The notes below the pieces were generated by a model. That model was not told the DNA's origin. It was given only the letters and a program-made list of their open reading frames with translations, and did no database searches. The position numbers and the translations under genes are program-made. A stretch of DNA of 63,498 bases, the filler included, from Guillardia theta CCMP2712 (Eukaryota > Protista > Cryptophyta): the NCBI RefSeq assembly GCF_000315625.1. It is 3 parts of 3 records of this genome, joined end to end, with 100 filler letters (N's around TTAATTAATTAA, not from the genome) between each part and the next. Parts side by side here need not be neighbours in the genome. Positions count along the whole stretch, not along the records: positions 48,340 to 63,498 come from NW_005434659.1; 2 more parts are not named here. One strand, 5' to 3'. Below, in pieces: positions 49,456 through 57,800 of the stretch (positions are counted from its first letter, which is position 1; the number at the start of each line of letters is the position of its first letter).

Positions 49456-51603
49456 ATGGTTCTTCAGTATGATGAAAATGTTCGCAACCTGCTGTATCGG
49501 AGATCATGCCAATACACGCAGAGCGGACTTGTGGATGCCTCTGTCCTCGAAGCTGATCTCGTCGAGAGGGTGAAGAGCTTCGCGAAGCGTTATCCGAACA
49601 GCAGGACAGCCCAGGCTTGCAAGGCTGTGGAGGGATGCACCCCCGACGCTATCGCAGAAGCCATCCGCTCGACATGTCAGCAGGCACGACGTGAGCTTCT
49701 GCAAGAAGCGATGGCTGGATGGAGTGACGCATCCAGAGAGTGGTTTATGCAGCAGATTGAAGAAGCCAAGAAGGAGAAGGTCGAGACATACACCGCCTCA
49801 GCAGGCAACGAGGTGACTTCCTTCATCTCCATGACTCTCCTGGGCATCTCCTCGGTGTATGTCAACCATGAAGAAAAGCTGAAGAAGAAATTTGAAGAGA
49901 TCGGACTGATCGTAGACTCAGTGCAAGAGAGTAAAGCAATCATGTGGAAGGCTCCGTATAGACCCGAGATAGCGAGTGCTGAGGAGATCCCGGTGACTGT
50001 TTCCTTCCTCCGCAATGCACAAGCGGAGAAGCTCTGGCAGGGAAGAGAGGACTTCGCGATCGATGGTCGCAAGTTCACAGCTGTACATGTGAGCATCGTG
50101 CACGATCGATCTTTCAAGATTCGAGCCAAGAGAGGACCCTGGGGCAAAGGGGGCAGCTTGGCAGAGCTGACTCACCTGCTAACCTTGGGCGGCATGACAA
50201 CGGCTGAGATAGCTGCCGTCTATCGCTATCAGCTGCTGCGCCAGTCCCTTGCAGCGGTACAGCTCCAGCCGCTGGCAGGCATGCTGGTCGCTGGGGCGCC
50301 AGGACAGCAAGTCCACAAAGGCTTAGGTCAGAAAGGCTTCATCGCTGTAGGGGCCAACGTCATCTGGAGACAGAGGGAGGTGGAGTGGATCGTCTCCTCG
50401 AGCTGCCCAGAGGCGAATGATACAGCATTTCGAGCTTTCCGAGAGAGCGAAGCGATGGAGGGAGTACACCTGACTCTGTTCAGCGAGGACCCGAAGATCA
50501 GAGAGGCGCTCGCAGTCGAGTTGACAGCTGATCGCTTTGTGTCCAGAAATAAGTTGAAGAAGGCATCAAGGATGCAGAAGAAGGCAGGCGGCAAGGACGG
50601 CAAGGAGATCAAGATCATCATCAAGTCGACGGCGGCATCTGGTCGCTTCACGAGGAAGGAGATGGAGGGGCTGTGCAACGGCGGCAACACGTCTATCGCA
50701 AGAGTCAAGAGAGTCTTGTTGGAGATCGCTAACAGGCTCGAGATCAACGTTGAAGGCATCGACATGGAGGAGGATTTGAACACCAAGTCCTGGAACGGGT
50801 CCAAGCTATGCATCCTCCTCGGCTCCACGGAGGATGCTCGACGCATGATGAAGGAGCTGCCCTTCTATCTCGAAGGCGCAGCCACCAAGCTCGAAGCAGT
50901 CGGCTTCGACAAGGAGCCTGACTCTGAGGCGGCTGGTCAGCGGGGCACCAGCGACGCAGCGCAGCGGCAGGAGGAGAGCGAGGGAGAGTGGCTGGAGTTT
51001 ACAGACCTGGAGAGGATCACAATGGAGGCAGCATCTCCGTCAAGCCAAGAGGACATGCAGCTCGTCAGCGAGCTGTCAGCAGTCATCGAAGATGCAGCTT
51101 CTTTGAACGAGGCGGGGACGAGCGAGCCGATCAAGCTGGTCCTGGACAAGGCCGTTGGCAACCTCCACGACACCTTCTACTCTCCGGGGAGCCTGGAGTT
51201 CATGTCGCTGGGAGAGTGGGCGAAGATGCCAGAGGAGCAGGGAGTTGGGCGCAACGTTCTCAAGGAGAAGCTGGGGAAGTGGCTGCAGAGCAAGCGCTGG
51301 ACTCGCGTGCAAGGAGAGAGCAAGAAGGCAAGGAGGGGCAGCGCGTTCTCGCCACGGGCAACGGCAGCTGCTGAGCTTGAGCAGGAGGCGGAGAGCGACG
51401 ACATAGAGCGTCGATCTCTTAGCTTCCTGTTCATAGCACTGAGTAAATTCGCAGAGATGCATGTGCTGGCCTGCTCGCTGAAGGTGGACAAGAAGGACCG
51501 ACTGCGAGTGGAGATGAGGGAAGATGACGAAGAAGAGGAAGACATGGAGGAAGAGCAAGGCGAGGGCGAGGAAGAAGACGGGGCGAGCCCGTACCGAGCT
51601 TGA
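49456..51603 (+). CDS. ORF1 protein of element A (715 aa, acidic C-tail)
   Basis: Intact, intronless and colinear with 52710-54815 (YP.SRT, AEAIR.TC, W.AP, EIPV, LW.G..F.IDG, SFKIR, GRFTR.E, SWNG, DLERI, SPG, LF.AL.K). Confidence 0.88.
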   Translation: MVLQYDENVRNLLYRRSCQYTQSGLVDASVLEADLVERVKSFAKRYPNSRTAQACKAVEGCTPDAIAEAIRSTCQQARRELLQEAMAGWSDASREWFMQQIEEAKKEKVETYTASAGNEVTSFISMTLLGISSVYVNHEEKLKKKFEEIGLIVDSVQESKAIMWKAPYRPEIASAEEIPVTVSFLRNAQAEKLWQGREDFAIDGRKFTAVHVSIVHDRSFKIRAKRGPWGKGGSLAELTHLLTLGGMTTAEIAAVYRYQLLRQSLAAVQLQPLAGMLVAGAPGQQVHKGLGQKGFIAVGANVIWRQREVEWIVSSSCPEANDTAFRAFRESEAMEGVHLTLFSEDPKIREALAVELTADRFVSRNKLKKASRMQKKAGGKDGKEIKIIIKSTAASGRFTRKEMEGLCNGGNTSIARVKRVLLEIANRLEINVEGIDMEEDLNTKSWNGSKLCILLGSTEDARRMMKELPFYLEGAATKLEAVGFDKEPDSEAAGQRGTSDAAQRQEESEGEWLEFTDLERITMEAASPSSQEDMQLVSELSAVIEDAASLNEAGTSEPIKLVLDKAVGNLHDTFYSPGSLEFMSLGEWAKMPEEQGVGRNVLKEKLGKWLQSKRWTRVQGESKKARRGSAFSPRATAAAELEQEAESDDIERRSLSFLFIALSKFAEMHVLACSLKVDKKDRLRVEMREDDEEEEDMEEEQGEGEEEDGASPYRA

Positions 51604-51634
51604 GCTGAGCCCAAGGTAAGGAGAGAAGGTAGGA

Positions 51635-51842
51635 GGCGACCGAAGGCCAAGGTGAGGAGAGGCAACTCTCCTGACTGAGGCTGAGGAAGCTGAATGGAGG
51701 AGGAGTAGGGGGCGACCGAAGGCCAAGGTGAGGAGAGGCAACTCTCCTGACTGAGGCTGAGGAAGCTGAATGGAGGTAGAGTAGGTGGCGACCGAAGGCC
51801 AAGGTGAGGAGAGGCAACTCTCCTGACTGAGGCTGAGGAAGC
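51635..51842 (+). repeat. 76-bp tandem repeat (about 2.7 copies) in element A 3' UTR
   Basis: Units start at 51635, 51711 and 51787. Each has the hairpin AGGAGAG-GCAA-CTCTCCT. Confidence 0.92.
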
Positions 51843-52023
51843 CAAGAGAAGACAGCAGAAGTAGAGAGTAGAAAGACGCCTCAGAAGCAGGGTTCGCATT
51901 GTAGGCCGTGTACTCCCAGTGCTCGAGCGCCTCTTTAGACTAGGATCAAATTGCATAAGCCCACAACGAGGCCGAGCAACATTCTAGCATTCTAATAAAC
52001 TCACATAATAATAATAATAATAA

Positions 52024-52041
52024 TAGGGTTTAGGGTTTAGG
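52024..52041 (+). repeat. Short telomeric spacer between elements A and B
   Basis: TAGGGTTTAGGGTTTAGG. Confidence 0.95.
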
Positions 52042-52621
52042 AGGCCGCTGGAGTAACAGACAGGCCGCTGGAGTAACAGACAGGCCGCTGGAGTAACAGA
52101 CAGGCCGCTGGAGTAACAGACAGGCCGCTGGAGTAACAGACAGGCCGCTGGAGTAACAGACAGGCCGCTGGAGTAACAGACAGGCCGCTGGAGTAACAGA
52201 CAGGCCGCTGGAGTAACAGACAGGCCGCTGGAGTAACAGACAGGCCGCTGGAGTAACAGACAGGCCGCTGGAGTAACAGACAGGCCGCTGGAGTAACAGA
52301 CAGGCCGCTGGAGTAACAGACAGGCCGCTGGAGTAACAGACAGGCCGCTGGAGTAACAGACAGGCCGCTGGAGTAACAGACAGGCCGCTGGAGTAACAGA
52401 CAGGCCGCTGGAGTAACAGACAGGCCGCTGGAGTAACAGACAGGCCGCTGGAGTAACAGACAGGCCGCTGGAGTAACAGACAGGCCGCTGGAGTAACAGA
52501 CAGGCCGCTGGAGTAACAGACAGGCCGCTGGAGTAACAGACAGGCCGCTGGAGTAACAGACAGGCCGCTGGAGTAACAGACAGGCCGCTGGAGTAACAGA
52601 CAGGCCGCTGGAGTAACAGAC
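52042..52621 (+). repeat. 20-bp perfect tandem array x29 (5' end of element B)
   Basis: AGGCCGCTGGAGTAACAGAC x29. Confidence 0.97.
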
Positions 52622-52709
52622 ATGCTCTCCTCCCCTGCAGTTTGAGGGGATCCCTGCGAGCTAGGGTGCTGAACAGGATATTTTTCTGTGCAGAAACGGT
52701 TGTTTGATC

Positions 52710-54815
52710 ATGTGGTATCTATCCAAAGAGGAAAGGAAACAGATTGCTCGTGTCCGAGTTTCCCAGTTCCTAAACAAGGACACGACACCTTCAGCACCTT
52801 CGCTAGGAGAGCTGATCCGAAGATTGGAACACTTCGTCAGGCAGTACCCTCAGAGCAGGACAGGCAGAGCCTTGCAGTCCAAGGAAGTCTCGATGAACGC
52901 CTTAGCCGAAGCCATTCGACAGACCTGCAAACATGCTGAAGTCAGGAGCCAGGAGGATGCCATCAAAGAATGGGGGGAAGAAGGACAGTCGTGGTATGTC
53001 TCTGCATGGAACGCAGACAAACAGGAGGTACTAGACAAGAGTGCCTGCATCGATGCTTCAGGAGCGTCCCCCGAGAGTGGTAAACTGATCACCATGGCTA
53101 TCCTCGGAGTTCCTACCCAGTACATAAAACAAGTTGAGGTACTGTGTGAGAAGTTGAAGGATCAAGGACTCTTGGTGCACGAGGAGCAGGGCAAGAAATG
53201 CATCTCGTGGAGAGCCCCGATCAAGAAAGATTTGATTCCGACAGTGGATGAAATCCCAGTCGTGGCAACACTCCAATTGAACGACGCAGCAGAACTGCTG
53301 TGGAAAGGACAGACGAACTTCAGGATCGACGGAAAGATGATCCGCGCGGTGAACGCGCATTCGAAGCATCCTTGCTCCTTCAAGATAAGGCCACAGAAGG
53401 ATAAGCACTCTGGCAAGGCGGGGGCCCTAGCTGAGTTCTCTCACCTCCTCAAGATGAATGGCATGAACTCAGCTGGGATTACGGAGATCTATCGTCAACA
53501 CCTGCTGCAACAAGGAATAGCTGTGTTGGAGGTGCAGCCGGAAGCGGGCATGCAGCTAGAGGTCAAGACGAAGAGGAGACCTCAAGGTCAACCCAACAAA
53601 CGCACTTTCGCAGCAGCCGGAGTGGACGAGATACGACAAGGAAGAGAGATCGATTGGATTGCGAGATGCTCTTCGACGGACGTCCTGAGCACCACGCTAC
53701 GGATGTTTGAGGGAGACGACAGGAATGGAGGAAGCATACACCTCGGACTGATGTCGGAAGATGAAAAAATCCTCAAATGGTTCACTACTCAGGTTAGTGC
53801 AATCACCAGGGTAACGAGACAGCATCCAATTAGGTTGGACTTCTTGCCCGACGCGCTAGGAGCAGTACCACGAAGAGTGACCTATGAGGTACTGGTCAAG
53901 AGTAAAGCACAGAAGGGAAGGTTCACCAGAGAGGAAGCTGAACAGATCTGCGACGGGGAGGATCTCTCTATGGGCATGACAATTCGAGGACTGAGACGGA
54001 TCGTGGCGAGCTGGAAGGAGTCAGCGGCTGAGCACATCGTCAAGATCTCCTCGAAAGAAGATGTCGAGACCAACAGCTGGAACGGTGAACATCTAGTGCT
54101 CAGCTTCTCAGAAAAAGAAACGGCGATTGACATCCTCAGGTCCTTTGCGCCATGGGACAGGGCAGGGAAACTTCTTCTCCTAGAGCCAGGCAGTGCCAAC
54201 ATCTGGGAAGCGATCGCTACAGAACCCCCTACAGAGCCTCTTTGGGCTCAGGTAGATCTCGAACGGATCGAGAATGAGATCAACATCCCAGAACCAGAGG
54301 CAAACGTGGTCCTCGAAGACATCTACAAAGTTCTAGAGGAGACTGTCAACCAGGGACAGAGTGCAGAAAACCAAGCTTGCAAACTCAGGCTCGATGGAGC
54401 CATCGTCGGCCTGTACGACAGCTTGTCATCTCCTGGAAATGCATGTTTTCCGACGCTGAAGGAATGGGCGGAATCATCCTCGGCAACCCAGGACGACGAC
54501 ATGCAAGTTTTGAAGAGTAAGATTGCAAGAGTAAGCGAGCAGCATGCGTGGGAGACGGTAGCATCAAGAAGACGCCAGGGAGCCTTTGCAAAAGCAACAG
54601 GGAGAGGAGGGGAGAAACAACAAAAAGAATTTCGAACTGACCTGTTGTTTCTTGCCCTGAATAAAGTAGTTTCCACAGCTACGCTAACCTACCAAGGCAG
54701 CGTTGGCTCGGGAGACGAAATTGAGTTTCTCTTGAGCAAGGCAGAGGAGGAGATGGGACTGGAGATGGAAGAGGAGAGTGGCAACCAAGAGGGAGAGGTT
54801 GCCTCTCAACTCTAA
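52710..54815 (+). CDS. ORF1 protein of element B (701 aa)
   Basis: Intact ORF directly upstream of the RT ORF, homologous to the element A ORF. No CCHC knuckle seen. Confidence 0.88.
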   Translation: MWYLSKEERKQIARVRVSQFLNKDTTPSAPSLGELIRRLEHFVRQYPQSRTGRALQSKEVSMNALAEAIRQTCKHAEVRSQEDAIKEWGEEGQSWYVSAWNADKQEVLDKSACIDASGASPESGKLITMAILGVPTQYIKQVEVLCEKLKDQGLLVHEEQGKKCISWRAPIKKDLIPTVDEIPVVATLQLNDAAELLWKGQTNFRIDGKMIRAVNAHSKHPCSFKIRPQKDKHSGKAGALAEFSHLLKMNGMNSAGITEIYRQHLLQQGIAVLEVQPEAGMQLEVKTKRRPQGQPNKRTFAAAGVDEIRQGREIDWIARCSSTDVLSTTLRMFEGDDRNGGSIHLGLMSEDEKILKWFTTQVSAITRVTRQHPIRLDFLPDALGAVPRRVTYEVLVKSKAQKGRFTREEAEQICDGEDLSMGMTIRGLRRIVASWKESAAEHIVKISSKEDVETNSWNGEHLVLSFSEKETAIDILRSFAPWDRAGKLLLLEPGSANIWEAIATEPPTEPLWAQVDLERIENEINIPEPEANVVLEDIYKVLEETVNQGQSAENQACKLRLDGAIVGLYDSLSSPGNACFPTLKEWAESSSATQDDDMQVLKSKIARVSEQHAWETVASRRRQGAFAKATGRGGEKQQKEFRTDLLFLALNKVVSTATLTYQGSVGSGDEIEFLLSKAEEEMGLEMEEESGNQEGEVASQL

Positions 54816-54824
54816 AACCGAATC

Positions 54825-57800
54825 ATGACAGGAGGAGGAAGGGAGGAGGAAGGGAGGAGTGCCGGGAGTAGGCAAGGGGGGGAGATGGAAACGGTTTCAA
54901 AGGAAACGCAACATGTAGATAGAACACTGTATTTTTTTGATTGGATCGAGGAGATCCCATGGTCGGACAAACGAGGCGACAAGGAATTTGGCATCACTGC
55001 CCTGAACAATCGAGGAGTAAGAGGATTTTTATGCGAGAACATGATCGAAGTTACTCTCAATGAGATGAGCAAGGCTCTTCAAGGAGGACGAGCAATACAC
55101 ATGGTACGCAAAGGGAGAGCCCACGAGAACCAGCAAACGCGGAACATCATCTTCTTGCCAAGGGTAATATCCAGTCTGCGAGACGAGGCGTCCCGCTGGA
55201 GAGTCGGGAACAGATTTCACCTCAGCAGCTTGAGAGATGAGCAACACACCTTCCTGTTTCCAACTATCATCCACAGCAACCACTGGATTCTAATTGCATT
55301 AAGATATGATCGGCGATGCGCGTACATATTGGACCCTCTCTGCGAGGACAGAACGAGCACAACGAGGGACCCACGAGGGATCGAGGGAGCGAGGAATCTT
55401 GCAACAACGGGGGAGCACGGAGCAAGAGAAATGGCTGAGCTGACAATCGGAGTGATCGAACACATCTTTGACGATCAGACCAACGCCCCATGGCAGGTAA
55501 AGTGGTGCTCAGCCTTCCAACAGGAAGATAACTTCAACTGCGGAGTGTTCGCTATCCTTCACACCCTACTGCTCTGCGAGACAAATCAAGACTGGCTAGC
55601 AACGATGGAAACGAGGACAAGACTAAGACCTCCGCAAGAATGGCTGATGCAAACCAGAACACAACTGATCGAAGCTCTCACCCATCTGGAGAAGATGGAG
55701 GAAACGGCCCAGGTAATTCTGCGATCTCTGCCGAAGGAGGCGAGGGTGCAAGAGAACTTGACATCGACGACAAAGCCGGAGGAGGAGGTACAGCCGAACG
55801 CAATCCAGCGGCTGATGACCTCGACGACAAAGCTTGAGGAGGAGGTACAGCCAAACGCAATCCAGCGGCTGATGACCTCGACGACAAAGCTTGAGGAGGA
55901 GGTACAGCCAAACGCAATCCAGCGGCCGATGACCTCGACGACAAAGCTTGAGGAGGAGGTACAGCCGATCGCAATCCAGCGGCAGGCGACCTCCACGAAG
56001 CCCCAACCAAGACATCTTGGTGAGGAAATGGAGGAGAATGCACACTCAGGAGAGAAAACCTCCCAGATAGGGAAGGAGCGGAGGGGGAAAAGGCAGGAGG
56101 AGCAAAGGGGCAATGATTGGGCGCAGATGCATCGAAAAAGCTCAGACCCAGGTTTCCTCATCTCACAAAATGTGAATGGTTGCAATCACTTTGTTCTCAA
56201 GCACATCCTCGCATACTTAATCCAGTCCTTCCAACCTGGGGTTGTGCTACTACAAGAGGTAAGGGTCTCGGCCCGCGACGAGAACAAATTAAGGAAGATG
56301 ATCAAGGAGAACTGGGCCTGCTACAGAATCTTCCTGGGGCCTGCAAAGATCAATGCGAAGAAGGGGAAAGGAGACCTGAGGTTGGTAACGCTGGTACATG
56401 CGGCCCTGTCGCCGTCACCCTCCCCTGCCGCTCACCAGGCGTGCAACAAAGAAAAGAAATATCGAAACCGAGTGTTTTCGATCAAAGTCGGAACAGGGAA
56501 AAATTCTTTCTTAGTCACAAACCTCCATCAGGTACCTGCGGAAAATGCGATTCGAGAGCAAGGGGAACTGTGGGCAGAGCTGCTACACCTCGCTCTGGGA
56601 ACGAGAGAGACACACATCATAGCCGGAGACTTTAATGCAGCAAGAACCAACACAACAACACCAATGCGGAGAGGATATTCCCCCTCATCTATCACCGCAA
56701 AAGCAGATGAGAGATTCGAGAAATTCCTGGCAGACCTTTCCGCACACCGTACACTCTCATATGAACAGATCAGCGAGACTGGGACAACATTTACCTTCTC
56801 AACATGGTACAAACAAGAACTGATAGAAGCCAAACTCGACGCAGTTCTCGCTATTCACCCCCCAAGTGACGAGGACAACTTTCCCAACATCTCCCTTCAA
56901 TCGTGGACGGTCGACGGCTGTGTGATAGGGGGAGCAGTTGATCACAGAGCCCTGGTGGTGCAAGTACACACCAAGTTCACGTCCGAGGAGACGCAGCTAA
57001 TCCCACGAGTAGAAGTGCATCAGATGAATTCACGACAGAAGAAGGGGGAAACCCCTAAAAGCAGATGGGTGCTGGATCGCGATTCGTGGGAGGAGAAGAA
57101 GATCGAATGGGCGCAACAACTAGATGCAAACATACGAGACATGCGAGCTAAGGCGCAAGAATGTAACATTTGTGAGATGCTCGCCAACTCTCTACCACTA
57201 AAGGAGGTGAAAATCAGAAAGGGAGGGAGGCGACATTCGAACAAAGAACAAATGGATTTGAAGAGATCGATCCGCAACTTGCGGACTAAACTTAGGGAAG
57301 CATCACAGCAAAGCCCAGCGACTGGAGTACCTACGGAAGCTACATTACAAAGAGAATTGCGAACTAAGATCGAGAGGTTCAGAACGATATGTGAAGAACA
57401 AAACAACGAAGTTTTCCAAGAGATCTGCCAACAGCAGCAAACACGGCTAGGCACGGTAGGCAGCCGTGAATCCCAGAATGCAATGGGACGCAAGAATGAT
57501 TTCATTCCCAAAGAACCGATGATAAGTCAAGACATCAAGAAAAAACACCCCAACTCCCTTCGTTGCCACAAAGGCTTGGCTCTTCGACTGCTCGCTAAGA
57601 TAGTCGACAATGCCGACGAGCTCATCAACCAAATCGAAGCAACCCTATCTAGCGAAGACACGAGGGGCGTTAGAGCATTTTGGAGTGCAAACCAGCAACT
57701 GATGATTGGGATCGAGCGAGAGGGGACAGATGACTGGATCTTTCTATCACTGCTACCTGCAAACACAATCACGAAAGCAATTGTAGCACTAGAAGAATCG

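Larger units (their letters stand above)
49079..52025 (+). mobile_element. Element A: non-autonomous ORF1-only non-LTR retroelement inserted in telomeric repeats
   Basis: Flanked on both sides by TTTAGGG. 5' 19-bp array, single ORF homologous to ORF1 of element B, its own 3' UTR, AATAAA and (TAA)6 tail. No RT. Confidence 0.88.

Noticed and set aside
51635-51842. Hammerhead ribozyme in the 76-bp repeats
   Set aside because: CTGAGGA matches CUGANGA, but no GAAA core or consistent three-stem fold was found by eye.
49081-52621. 19/20-bp arrays (also the 24-, 30- and 58-bp arrays) as CRISPR
   Set aside because: Head-to-tail units with no unique spacers, no cas genes, and a eukaryotic context.
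52030-52623. 197-aa repetitive minus-strand ORF (similarly 4335-4823 and 26789-27497)
   Set aside because: Stop-free reading of a tandem repeat, with no independent coding evidence.
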